Positions 46,704-54,924 of a stretch of DNA of 64,000 nt are shown one piece after another. The notes under the pieces were generated by a model. It had not been told where the DNA came from. It saw only the letters and a program-made list of their open reading frames with translations, and ran no database searches. Position numbers and translations under genes: made by a program. Within the stretch, counting starts at the first letter, position 1, and every line of letters starts with the position of its first letter. Source of the stretch: an uncultured Solirubrobacterales bacterium. Lineage in GTDB: Bacteria; Actinomycetota; Thermoleophilia; Solirubrobacterales; 70-9. The stretch lies in contig CAVUPF010000006.1 of NCBI GenBank assembly GCA_963743285.1, forward strand, positions 6,076 through 70,075, read 5' to 3'.

Positions 46704-47147
46704 CTAGAGCAGCCCCTTCTCCCGCAACTCCGCCTCCGCCTCGGGCGTCTTGCCCAGCCCCTCGAGACCCAGCTTGCGCATCACCGCCTCGGGCTTCGTG
46801 AACTGGATCTCGTCATAGCGGACGACCTGGACCCGGTTGCCCCAGGGATCGAGGAAGTCGAGGCCGCGGCCGGGGAGGATCTCGACTCCCTCCCGTTCGA
46901 GCGTCCCGCGCACCGCCTCTGAGTCATCGACGACGAGGCCGAAGTGCCGCGAGTCATCGGCGGCCTGGCGGCGGGGCGCCGAGAGAGCGATGAACTGGTC
47001 GCCGGCGTCGAGAAAGGCCATCTTCTGACCGATGCGGCCGCGCAGCTCGAAGTCGAAGAGCCGGCCGTAGAAGCCGAGCGCCTCATCGATGTCCCCGACC
47101 TCGAGGGCGATGTGGTTGATGCCAACCAGCCGGGCTTTCTCACTCAT
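46704..47147 (-). CDS. VOC (glyoxalase/bleomycin resistance/dioxygenase) family protein
   Basis: Starts at MSEKARLVGINHIALEVGDIDEAL. Contains HFGLVVDD and LDPWGNRVQVV. Confidence 0.88.
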   Translation of the reverse strand: MSEKARLVGINHIALEVGDIDEALGFYGRLFDFELRGRIGQKMAFLDAGDQFIALSAPRRQAADDSRHFGLVVDDSEAVRGTLEREGVEILPGRGLDFLDPWGNRVQVVRYDEIQFTKPEAVMRKLGLEGLGKTPEAEAELREKGLL

Positions 47148-47237
47148 GAGAACAGTCTTCCACCACGCCGGTCCTGCCGATGCCGCTTTCTGTCGATTGG
47201 CGCAGATGAAGACCCTGTGCAGCAAGTCCACAAATAG

Positions 47238-47257
47238 AAGAGATCCGCAAGAGCGGC
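47238..47257. repeat. 20-bp direct repeat, copy 2
   Basis: Identical to 46626-46645. Lies 68 nt downstream of the Zn-ribbon gene stop. Confidence 0.85.
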
Positions 47258-47324
47258 AAGGGCCACTACCGCCTCACAGTCAAGGCAGACGCCTGATTGA
47301 GTACCAGATCAGCATTGCGCGGCG

Positions 47325-47615
47325 TTAGGTGTTGAACAGGCCGCCAAGCCGCTTTTCGAGATCTCGGATCTTTGCTTCGAGATCGGAGGGGTTGAACTCG
47401 ACCTCGTGGCCATTTGGGCATCGAGCGGTTTTGGGATTCTTTCGCGCTTGCCCGATCGTCAACGGTATGGATGCATTGCAGAGCGGACACGCCGGATTCA
47501 ATGGCGCCTGATCGAGGATGGTCCGCGCCGAGTCCGGATTTTTCCACTCAACTCCCACCCATGAAGCATTGCACCGATCATCGAGCTGGCCGCTGCACCC
47601 GTCGCACCTCGGCAT
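47325..47615 (-). CDS. small zinc-ribbon-like protein (96 aa)
   Basis: Starts at MPRCDGCSGQ. Cys pairs are CDGC, CPLC and CPNGH. C-terminal helix is DLEAKIRDLEKRLGGLFNT. No family recognised. Confidence 0.55.
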   Translation of the reverse strand: MPRCDGCSGQLDDRCNASWVGVEWKNPDSARTILDQAPLNPACPLCNASIPLTIGQARKNPKTARCPNGHEVEFNPSDLEAKIRDLEKRLGGLFNT

Positions 47616-47822
47616 TGGCGCTTCGACTGCCCACGAGTCAGATCGTCGGTAGACCGCGCCGATAACTCGCCGCAGCCCCTCGGCTCTCCCCGCTGCCTTC
47701 GCCACCCCCAGCCTGGCACGCCGCGTCCATCGACCGAGTGGCGCCGCTTCCGCTCGCCGTTGGCAATTGCTGATGCCGAGCTCCTTGGCAATCGCTCACC
47801 GATTCGCTTACAGTATGCGCGT

Positions 47823-48086
47823 ATGAATCGCATAACAATCAGCCTCCCCGACGACTTCGCCTCCGCGCTGCGGCGCGAGGCTCGGCGCCGCCACACCTCC
47901 GTCTCGGCCGTCGCCCGCGAGGCGCTCGCCGAGCGCCTCGATCTCACCGGCGCCAAGCGCGAGGTTCCCTTCGCCGCCCTCGGCCGCAGCAGCGACGGCC
48001 GCACCGCCCGCGAATCCGACCGAGTCCTCGCCGAGGTCTTCGAGAAGCGCGATCGGCGTGGGGCCGATGGACGTCGCGGTCGCTGA
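47823..48086 (+). CDS. vapB: CopG/RHH-type antitoxin
   Basis: MNRITISLPDDFASALRREARRRHTSVSAVAREALAERL. The promoter-like TTGGCA-18-TACAGT ends 8 nt before the ATG. Confidence 0.8.
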   Translation: MNRITISLPDDFASALRREARRRHTSVSAVAREALAERLDLTGAKREVPFAALGRSSDGRTARESDRVLAEVFEKRDRRGADGRRGR

Positions 48087-48480
48087 CGCCAGCGCTCTCT
48101 ACGCGGCTGCCGACGCCGACGATCCGGATCACGGCGGCTGTCTTGTGCAGCTTCAACGGGACGATCTGCGCTTCGTCGTCCCGGCCCTGGTCCTCGCCGA
48201 GGTGAGCTACCTGCTCGGCGAGCGCCTGGGCGCCAAGGCCGACGCGGCGTTCATGCGGCCGATGGCTGCTCAGGAGGTCGAGCCGCCCGCGTCCGAGGAC
48301 TTCACCCGCATCGCCGAGCTGATCGAGCAATACGCCGACTTCCCGCTCGGCGGCGTCGACGCTTCCGTCATCGTCCTCGCCGAGCGCCTCGGCACACCGC
48401 TAGTCCTCACCCTCGACCGCCGCCATTTCGCTGCCGTTCGTCCCAAGCATTGCGACTCGCTCCAGCTGCTGCCGGCCTGA
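48058..48480 (+). CDS. vapC: PIN-domain toxin (VapC family)
   Basis: VAVADASALYAAADADD and GGVDASVIVLAERLGTPLVLTLD. Overlaps the antitoxin 3' end. Confidence 0.88.
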   Translation: MGPMDVAVADASALYAAADADDPDHGGCLVQLQRDDLRFVVPALVLAEVSYLLGERLGAKADAAFMRPMAAQEVEPPASEDFTRIAELIEQYADFPLGGVDASVIVLAERLGTPLVLTLDRRHFAAVRPKHCDSLQLLPA

Positions 48481-48483
48481 GCG

Positions 48484-48690
48484 ACTACGGACCCGACGAC
48501 TACATCTTCCGCACCTCCGAGCGTGAGCACTGGGTGGAGACCGACTGGCGCAACTACCGCTCGCGCCACTTCATCCTGGCCTTGAAACGAGTCGAGGCGG
48601 AGTGGGGAGGATGGCACGAAGGTCTCTCCCAGTCCGAGCAAGTGCGCGGGTCGAGCCCGGAATCGAGTTTTCGTCCGTATCCGCATGTGC
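48484..48690 (+). pseudogene. tyrosine recombinase internal fragment
   Basis: DDYIFRTSEREHWVETDWRNYRSRHFILALK...FRPY resembles the segment preceding the RPxDLRH box of phage-type integrases. It begins directly after the PIN stop and is cut off by AT-rich sequence. Confidence 0.45.
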
Positions 48691-48728
48691 TATTACTTAA
48701 AATTCATGATCGTCCGAAGGGAGCCGAT

Positions 48729-48923
48729 ATGAAGCGCAGGATGCAGCCGCGACAGTTGAAGGCCCTGATCGAGACAGGTCACTACCAGCCTGAGCCTCCG
48801 CTCATAGCTGAGGCGATGCTGGAGCGCCGAGGGGTGCGCATGTTGCTGGTGGACTGGCCGTCGTCGCTCAGCGCAGCAAGTCGAACCCTTTCGTCTCCGG
48901 TGGCTGGCCGCCGGGCAGTCTGA
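48729..48923 (+). CDS. small protein with FlgM-like C-terminal-type motif (64 aa)
   Basis: GAAGGGAG Shine-Dalgarno sequence. RQLKALIETGHYQPEPPLIAEAML resembles the FlgM anti-sigma-28 motif (LK.AI..G.Y.VD...IA..L). Tentative. Confidence 0.4.
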   Translation: MKRRMQPRQLKALIETGHYQPEPPLIAEAMLERRGVRMLLVDWPSSLSAASRTLSSPVAGRRAV

Positions 48924-48938
48924 CCTCGACCCTCGCCG

Positions 48939-49145
48939 GTGCTGACCACGGGCTGCCTGGGCCGGCGCCGCTTCTACCGCTGGGCACGGCTCGGGTTGAG
49001 TGACGTCCTCGAGACCCAAATGGCCCGCTACGACGCGGTGATCTACTTCGCCAACCCCAGGCCGCGCGCGCAACTGGAGCGCCTCAAGGCCGAACACCAC
49101 TGGCCGAAGCTGGTGATCCGTGACATTCCGCAGCCATCGCGATGA
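48939..49145 (+). CDS. small hypothetical protein (68 aa, or 42 aa from ATG 49020)
   Basis: Very high GC3. No family recognised. Confidence 0.4.
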   Translation: MLTTGCLGRRRFYRWARLGLSDVLETQMARYDAVIYFANPRPRAQLERLKAEHHWPKLVIRDIPQPSR

Positions 49146-49245
49146 CGCGGCGACAGCCGAGCTTTAGCGCTCCGCAAAGCTTGCCGATATCGCACGCATG
49201 GAGGCCGCTCAGGCTGATCCCCAGATGCCCCCGCAAGAGGGCCGG

Positions 49246-50412
49246 ATGGCACGCGGGTGGCGGCTGACTGGAGCCGCCTGGCGGTTGATGCGGCACGATC
49301 GCACGATGATCGCCCTGGCGCTGCTCGGGGCTGGATGCGGCATGGCTGGCGCCGCGGTCGTTCTTTACTTCGGAGGGTACTTCCACCCTCACGAGCACTC
49401 GCGCGGGCACTTCATCTTGGTCGCTGCGATTTCCCTCTACCCGCTCACCTTCATCAGCGTCTTCTTCAACGTCGCGCTCGCCTCTGCTGCGGCGGCGAGC
49501 TTCGATGGCCGCCAGCTCAGCCTCCGCGAGGCCTTGGGAGCGTCATGGGAGCGCCTCGGCCGCATCGCACTTTGGTCGCTGCTCTCCGCCGGCGTCGGCT
49601 TTGTGCTCAGTCAGGTCGCCTCAAAGATCCCGGGGGCAGGAAGGATCGCCGTCTGGCTGGTCGGCGCCGCCTGGGTCCTGGCGACGATCTTCGTTATCCC
49701 GCTCCTGGCACTTGAGGATCCTGGTCCGATCGAGGCGCTGCGGGGTTCCACACACCTGGTCAAGAGTAAGTGGGGAGAGGGGCTCACCGGTTTGGTCGGG
49801 ATCGGGGCCTGGACCGTCGTGGTCGCGATTCCAGCGGGCATCATCTTTGGAGTCGGCTTGGTGCTGAGCGGCAGTCATCCGGCCTCTGGCGTTCCGCTGA
49901 TTGCGGTTGGGCTGATCGCGTTGGTGACCGTCTCGGCCCTGGCGACGGCAACCAGGCAGGTCTTCGCCGTGGCGCTCTTTCGCTACGCCACCGACACGCC
50001 GGCTGGTGGCATCACCGTCACCGACTTAGAGCATCCGTTCGCACTGAAGCAGAAGCGCCGGCGCGGCCAACGGGTTGCTTACGCAACTCTGGGTATGATC
50101 GTGGCCTTGGTCGCTCTGGCCGCCATTCTGCTTCCACGGCGCGAGCCTCTGACCGATACGAACGGGTATGCTCACACCTACTTCGCCGTCGATCCCAAGG
50201 CCGAGGCCGAGATCCACAATGGCATGCCTGTCGTCTATGGCGATCAGCGGATTGGATATGTCATCGCCCACCAGATCGAAGGGTCTGAAGAGTACGTCCG
50301 CTTTTACGTCGCCCGCGGGTTCCGCGGGCTCCCTGGCGATGAGGGAACGGAATTGAACTACTCGGACCCTGCCCATCCCTATATCCGCCTATTCGACGAC
50401 CACGCGGGATAG
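49246..50412 (+). CDS. polytopic membrane protein with soluble C-terminal domain (DUF6159-like)
   Basis: Starts at MARGWRLTGAAWRLMRHDR. About 6 TM segments followed by a ~90-aa soluble tail. The family call is tentative. Confidence 0.7.
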   Translation: MARGWRLTGAAWRLMRHDRTMIALALLGAGCGMAGAAVVLYFGGYFHPHEHSRGHFILVAAISLYPLTFISVFFNVALASAAAASFDGRQLSLREALGASWERLGRIALWSLLSAGVGFVLSQVASKIPGAGRIAVWLVGAAWVLATIFVIPLLALEDPGPIEALRGSTHLVKSKWGEGLTGLVGIGAWTVVVAIPAGIIFGVGLVLSGSHPASGVPLIAVGLIALVTVSALATATRQVFAVALFRYATDTPAGGITVTDLEHPFALKQKRRRGQRVAYATLGMIVALVALAAILLPRREPLTDTNGYAHTYFAVDPKAEAEIHNGMPVVYGDQRIGYVIAHQIEGSEEYVRFYVARGFRGLPGDEGTELNYSDPAHPYIRLFDDHAG

Positions 50413-50568
50413 CGGTCCCAGCGTCCTCCATGCGGCCTGCGCAATGTGGAGTGGCCCCTCCAACTGGCCTCTGTGACGCAGAAATGATCGTTCGGGCTCG
50501 TACGTGTGAGCGATCAGGGTTGAATCACCTAAATAATGAGTTGAAAACCAGATCAGTCTCGCGCGGCA

Positions 50569-50712
50569 TTAGGTGTTAAAAAGACCGCCAAGCCGCTTTT
50601 CGAGATCTTGAATCTTTGCTTCGAGATCGGCGGGGCTGAACTCGACTTCGTGGCCGTTGGGCATCGAGCGTGTTCAGGGCACTTTCGCGCTTGCCCGATC
50701 GTCGACGGTATG
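50569..50712 (-). pseudogene. 3' fragment of a zinc-ribbon gene paralog, frameshifted
   Basis: 50547-50712 aligns with 47303-47469 (~80% identity). A 1-nt deletion (CCGTTGGGCAT versus CCATTTGGGCAT) breaks the frame. The N-terminal Cys pairs are absent. Confidence 0.7.
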
Positions 50713-50785
50713 TACGGCGACACTTCTTCTAATCTCCAATCTCGGTGGGTTTGCCATCCCGGCGGCAGTGCGCTAGCCTGCGCGG

Positions 50786-50971
50786 GTGGCCATAGTCCGG
50801 TTCGACCACGACCACGCGATCGCCGTGCTCGACACGCGGAGGGAGGTACAGCTTTTGATCGAAGCGACCCGCCACGAGGGCATGGTCGTGCCGATGATCG
50901 AGCTCCAGGTTTCTGCCGGCGTGGCGGTTTCGGTGAACGCCGACGCCATCCGCACCATCGAGGACGACTAG
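50786..50971 (+). CDS. small hypothetical protein (61 aa)
   Basis: GTG start and GC3 near 87%. Product is VAIVRFDHDHAIAVLDTRREVQLLIEATRHEG.... No family recognised. Confidence 0.55.
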   Translation: MAIVRFDHDHAIAVLDTRREVQLLIEATRHEGMVVPMIELQVSAGVAVSVNADAIRTIEDD

Positions 50972-51308
50972 CCGCACCGCGCTCTAGCCTCAACTTGAAA
51001 GCTAAATTGGTACACGTTTGGTACCCGCTGCAAAGCGTCGACCGAGACGTTAAGCATAGAAAAGACCTCGTTTCCTCGGCTTTTTCTTATAGCGGAGGCG
51101 GGGTACGTACACATATCCCTGCCGCGCCTGGCAGTTGTCGAATCAATTGAGCTCTAGGTTCTGCGCGACGGGCTCGAGCGAGTCCTCGCCTGTAGTTGAT
51201 ACTGCGCGGCAAGCTTGACCTTGCAGGCACCAGCTGGACCCGCTGCCAGCCTGAGAGACGTCCTGAGCCCGAGCGCCAACAATCGCGACCAGCTGGATCT
51301 CCGCTGTG

Positions 51309-53183
51309 CTACTTCCTTGCTCGCGCGAAGCGCTTCTTGGCGGCGACGACGCAGTGTGCGCGCTTGCCTTTTTTGAGCTTCTTACAAGACTTGAGTGCCC
51401 GCGCGAGCTTCTGCGCGCCACTCAGTGGCTTGACCGGTCCACCGGCTCCCGAGGAGGAGCCAGTGCCCGAAATCGAGCCGCTCGCTCCCCCCGAGGAACC
51501 GGGGCTAATGCTGGACCCAGAGACGGTGTATTCGATCGTCGCTTTGCTCCGCAGTCCGTCGTGGCTCACGGCGGTCACGGTGTAGGTGTATGACCCGGCG
51601 GTGGAGGCGTTGAGGCTGCCGGGGCTGGCACTGCCATTGGAGTCGGTGCACGATTCGACCCCTGGACCGCCCGCCGCTTCGGTGCAGGAGAACTTTGAAG
51701 GGATGGTTTCGCCGGCCACATACGTCTGGTGATCGGCCGGAGCTTCGATCGTCGCCGACGGCGGGCCCACCGCCGCGCCGGTTACGTTTATAGGCAGGGT
51801 CTGCGTGGAGGCATCTGGCGTCCCGTTGCTGTCAAATACCGTCAGCGACACCTGGTATTCGCCCGGCTTGAGGTAGCTGTGAGTGGCAGTGGAAACGCTG
51901 GTAGTGTCGACCGGCGAGCCGTCACCGAAGTTCCATTCGTAGGTGGTGATCGGCGCGCTAATGTCGTAGGACGCGCTCCCGGCGAAGCTGATGGCGTGGC
52001 CGGTTTCGCCGACGGCGGGCCCGGTGAAGGAGGGCGTGGGGCCGATCCGCGCGGCACATCCGGCCGCTTCGTTTTTGTTGGCCGGCGCTGGCGTCTTCGT
52101 TGGTTCCTGGCTCCAGATCTGCTGCGTGTAGTAGCTGTGACCGTTGATCAGCTGGTTGAAGGCAGTGTCTTCGAGGAGGCTGCCACCAAGCGGGGTTCCG
52201 TAGACCTCCGGCTGCAGTTCGACGGTTGGCCCCGTGCACTTGTCGGCGACCTCTTCGTGGTGTTCATCGGTGTAGCCAGTTTCGGGTTCGGGATCGGTAG
52301 CGGACTCCACGATCTCGTGGATCTCGGAGTCGAGTGTGCCGTCCGCGTCCTTGTTTCCGCCCACACCGGTAGGCGCTTGACCGGAGTCGCATTCGGGGAC
52401 GTAGGGCAGGTCGCTGTATACGGCCACCTTCTTTTCGGGGCCGAGTTCGGTGATCTCACTGTGGTAGGCGCAGAATTCTTCGGGCGCGCATTCGCCGAAT
52501 TCGCACGTCGTGACGCCTTTGGGTGTGTAGAGGAGATACTGCGCCTCAGGCGCGCTCGCGGGGTCGGTCGGCCAGTGGTTGGCTTCGATCTGTTCAGCGA
52601 TCTCTTTGCGGATCTGCGTGTCGGTCACGCACGGAGCCTTGGCTTTGGTGCAGCCTTCGGATTCTTCCAGCGGGGGATAGGGACCAGTCGCGAACACGTC
52701 GTCGCCGAATTCAACCTTGCCGGTGATCGCCCTTCCTTCATTGTTGGTGTACTGCTCGGCGACGGAGAACTCATCCGTGGTCCGCGAGTCTTCGACTTGG
52801 AGGTCCTTGGCGTACTGGATGATCGGTCCGGTGTATTCGCTTGGAAATTCTCCAGCTTTCTGCTGCCAGAAGATCAAATACAGTTTCGAGGTGAGCATCA
52901 GGGGACCGTTGTGGTACACGACCGGCGGCTGGGGCCCGCCGGTGCTAAGCGCTGTCGCGCGGCCACGCGAAGCGAAGAGCGCCTGCGCTTTCCTAACTTT
53001 GGGCGTGGGCGTCACGCCGTAGGCATGGCCGTGGGCAAACACCACGCGGGCCTGCGCGACGCCATCGGTGAGGGCGAGCAGCGCGACTGCGAGCGCGAGC
53101 ATCGTAACTAGAGGGGGCGCAAGCCAACCACGCACCGGATTGGGAGGAAGGTGGGCTGGCAGCTCGGAGCGCATTGCCCTCAA
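51309..53183 (-). CDS. secreted protein with PKD domain, Ig-like domain and Gly/Ser linker plus Lys-rich tail
   Basis: Signal peptide present. PKD signature is YEWNFGDGSPVD..HSYLKPGEYQVSLTVFDSNG. The C-terminus is KSCKKLKKGKRAHCVVAAKKRFARARK. Confidence 0.85.
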   Translation of the reverse strand: MRAMRSELPAHLPPNPVRGWLAPPLVTMLALAVALLALTDGVAQARVVFAHGHAYGVTPTPKVRKAQALFASRGRATALSTGGPQPPVVYHNGPLMLTSKLYLIFWQQKAGEFPSEYTGPIIQYAKDLQVEDSRTTDEFSVAEQYTNNEGRAITGKVEFGDDVFATGPYPPLEESEGCTKAKAPCVTDTQIRKEIAEQIEANHWPTDPASAPEAQYLLYTPKGVTTCEFGECAPEEFCAYHSEITELGPEKKVAVYSDLPYVPECDSGQAPTGVGGNKDADGTLDSEIHEIVESATDPEPETGYTDEHHEEVADKCTGPTVELQPEVYGTPLGGSLLEDTAFNQLINGHSYYTQQIWSQEPTKTPAPANKNEAAGCAARIGPTPSFTGPAVGETGHAISFAGSASYDISAPITTYEWNFGDGSPVDTTSVSTATHSYLKPGEYQVSLTVFDSNGTPDASTQTLPINVTGAAVGPPSATIEAPADHQTYVAGETIPSKFSCTEAAGGPGVESCTDSNGSASPGSLNASTAGSYTYTVTAVSHDGLRSKATIEYTVSGSSISPGSSGGASGSISGTGSSSGAGGPVKPLSGAQKLARALKSCKKLKKGKRAHCVVAAKKRFARARK

Positions 53184-53403
53184 AGCTTATGTGTGCCCGG
53201 ACATGCCGTCCGGCAAAGTGGCTGCCGGTGGGTGCACCGCAGATCGACCCAGCCTGTGCGCCAGGAAGCCTAGGAACTCGATACGCGCGGCTGCGCCTAC
53301 CCACGCGCGCGGACTGCAACGCTCCCCCTGCGCCCACGGGCGGCAGGGCTCGGCGAGGTCGTGTCCGCAGCGTCCTGTCCTTCTCGCGCGTTGGCGGTAT
53401 CTG

Positions 53404-53456
53404 GGCGCGAGCGCATCCTCGCCGAGGCGGTCCCGCTTTGAAGGACGAGCGGGCCT
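53404..53456. repeat. 53-nt double-hairpin element, copy B
   Basis: 51/53 identical to 14631-14683. Lies 88 nt upstream of an antitoxin start codon. Confidence 0.8.
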
Positions 53457-53544
53457 ACCCGTTTCACGTCCGCGACGCGTGGCAGCGCCCGGCCTGGCCT
53501 CCGATTCCTTGTGTAGCCATTCGATAGCGCTACTCTTTGTCGAC

Positions 53545-53778
53545 ATGACTGCTACGGCCACTATCCGCGTCCCGCGTGAGACCCGCGACGCGCTCGCCAC
53601 CCGCGCCCGCGAGCGCGGCGTCTCCCTCTCCTCGTTGCTAACCGAGTTTGCCCGCCGCGCCGAGCGGGCCGATGCCCTGCGCTCCGAGCGCGAGGCGACC
53701 CGCGCCGAGGCCGATGACCCAGCGGCCCTTGCCGAGGTTGGACTATGGGAGGCGACGCTCGGTGACGGAATCGACTGA
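53545..53778 (+). CDS. RHH-type antitoxin (MazE-function partner)
   Basis: MTATATIRVPRETRDALATRARERGVSLSSLLTEFARR. A TACTCT hexamer lies 8 nt upstream of the ATG. Confidence 0.8.
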   Translation: MTATATIRVPRETRDALATRARERGVSLSSLLTEFARRAERADALRSEREATRAEADDPAALAEVGLWEATLGDGID

Positions 53779-54121
53779 GCCGCGCCGCGGCGAGATCTGG
53801 CTCGTCTCATTCGCCGCCCGCCGCGGCGAGCCCGGCAAAAACCGGCCCGCGATCGTCGTCTCGGTCGACGACCTGCTCGTCGGCGCCGACCACGAGCTGA
53901 TCGTCGTCGTTCCCCTCTCCAGCTCCCTTCCTCGCTCGGCACTGCGACCCCAGCTTGATCCTGAGACCGGGATCGACACTGAGAGCATCGCGATTCCGCG
54001 GGGGATTCGAGGGGTCGCCCGTCGTCGCCTCCTGCGCCGCAACGGCGAGGTTGGGCCGGAGAAAATGGTCGAGGTCGAGCGCGCCTTGGCGCTCGTTCTC
54101 GGGCTGGGCGTCCTCGCATGA
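53762..54121 (+). CDS. mazF: PemK/MazF family toxin
   Basis: GTG start inside the antitoxin 3' end. Contains RRGEIWLVSF, GKNRPAIVVS and LIVVVPLSSS. Confidence 0.88.
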   Translation: MTESTEPRRGEIWLVSFAARRGEPGKNRPAIVVSVDDLLVGADHELIVVVPLSSSLPRSALRPQLDPETGIDTESIAIPRGIRGVARRRLLRRNGEVGPEKMVEVERALALVLGLGVLA

Positions 54122-54138
54122 CGGAGGGTATCGATCAG

Positions 54139-54196
54139 CCGATCCGCAGCGTCCGCAACGACTCCGCGTGGCCCGCCCGCTGAGTCGAGCGAGGCG
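54139..54196 (+). repeat. E-repeat family, partial copy E0
   Basis: GATCCGCAGCG...CAACGACTC..CCGCTGAG..AGCGAGGC aligns with the 5' two thirds of 59980-60111 with an internal deletion. Confidence 0.5.
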
Positions 54197-54224
54197 CGCC
54201 AACCGGCGCTACCTTGCTGAAGCC

Positions 54225-54440
54225 ATGTTCGCCTATTACGACCCAGACGCTGACATCGCCTGGTTCCCGACCGGGGACTCCGACGACGTCGTCAGCGAGC
54301 GCGTCCCGGGCGGCCTTCGAGACTACGACCGCGCCAGCCACAAGCTCGTCGCGATCGAGGTCTGGGACACCAGTACCCGACTGGCCGCGAGCATTTGGAA
54401 GCGCTGCCGGCGCCCAGCGCCGCCGACGGCACTGCTGCCT
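54225..54440 (+). CDS. DUF2283 family protein (3' end uncertain)
   Basis: MFAYYDPDADIAWFPTGD and HKLVAIEVWDTS. The ORF then runs on into unrelated duplicated DNA, so the native stop may be lost. Confidence 0.55.
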
Positions 54441-54461
54441 GACACCTTCCTCAGCCCCCCG

Positions 54462-54629
54462 CTACCCAGCATCTTCGCGGCCGAGCACCGCGTCGCGGAT
54501 GGTTGCGGTGTCGACGTACACCCGCGCTCGACGCAACGCACCATCCTCAAACTCGTAGATCCAAGCGTTATCTGCCTCGACCGCCTTGCCACCGTGCGTC
54601 TTGCCTTTGACCGGAACCGGAACGACGAG
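54462..54629 (-). pseudogene. 3' fragment of a SnoaL-like gene (paralog of 18768-19262)
   Basis: 54448-54629 aligns with 18755-18935, ~94% identical over the first ~160 nt. Encodes only the last ~55 codons. Confidence 0.8.
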
Positions 54630-54639
54630 GTCCAGCAAG

Positions 54640-54830
54640 GAGCTGGCGGCGATGGGCGACGCCTTCCTGGTCAGCTTCACGGAGATGGTCGGCTGTCGGC
54701 CGGGAGAGGCGCTGGCCGTGCGCTGGCGCGAGATCGAAGGGCGGGTTGCGATCACCCGCGGACTGAGCGGCAAGCAGATCGCCGATCAAACGAAGACCGA
54801 TCGCGACCGCCAACCCGCCATGCCCGTGCA
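54640..54830 (+). pseudogene. tyrosine recombinase fragment (start of catalytic domain)
   Basis: AFLVSFTEMVGCRPGEALAVRWREIEGRVAITRGLSGKQIADQTKTDRDR matches the TG.R.GE..AL.W.DI....K.TKT block. No N-terminal domain and no RHRY C-terminal part. Confidence 0.55.
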
Positions 54831-54887
54831 TCGCCGTGACTGGCACCCGCCCTCACCGGTCCTCGAACAGTCCCTCCACCGAGCTAC

Positions 54888-54917
54888 TTGACCAACTTGG
54901 CCAACCGCTGGTATCCT
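54888..54917 (+). promoter_or_regulatory. sigma-70-like promoter driving a leaderless antitoxin mRNA
   Basis: TTGACC-18 nt-TATCCT, with the ATG 7 nt after the -10 and no Shine-Dalgarno sequence. The palindrome TTGGCCAA sits in the spacer. Confidence 0.5.
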
Positions 54918-54924
54918 GGCTCAC

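Noticed and set aside
18755-54629. The SnoaL 3'-end duplication read as attL/attR of a single 36-kb integrated element.
   Set aside because: For a minus-strand target gene the displaced 3' fragment should lie at lower coordinates than the intact gene, but here it lies at higher coordinates. The interval also contains ordinary chromosomal genes and no intact integrase.
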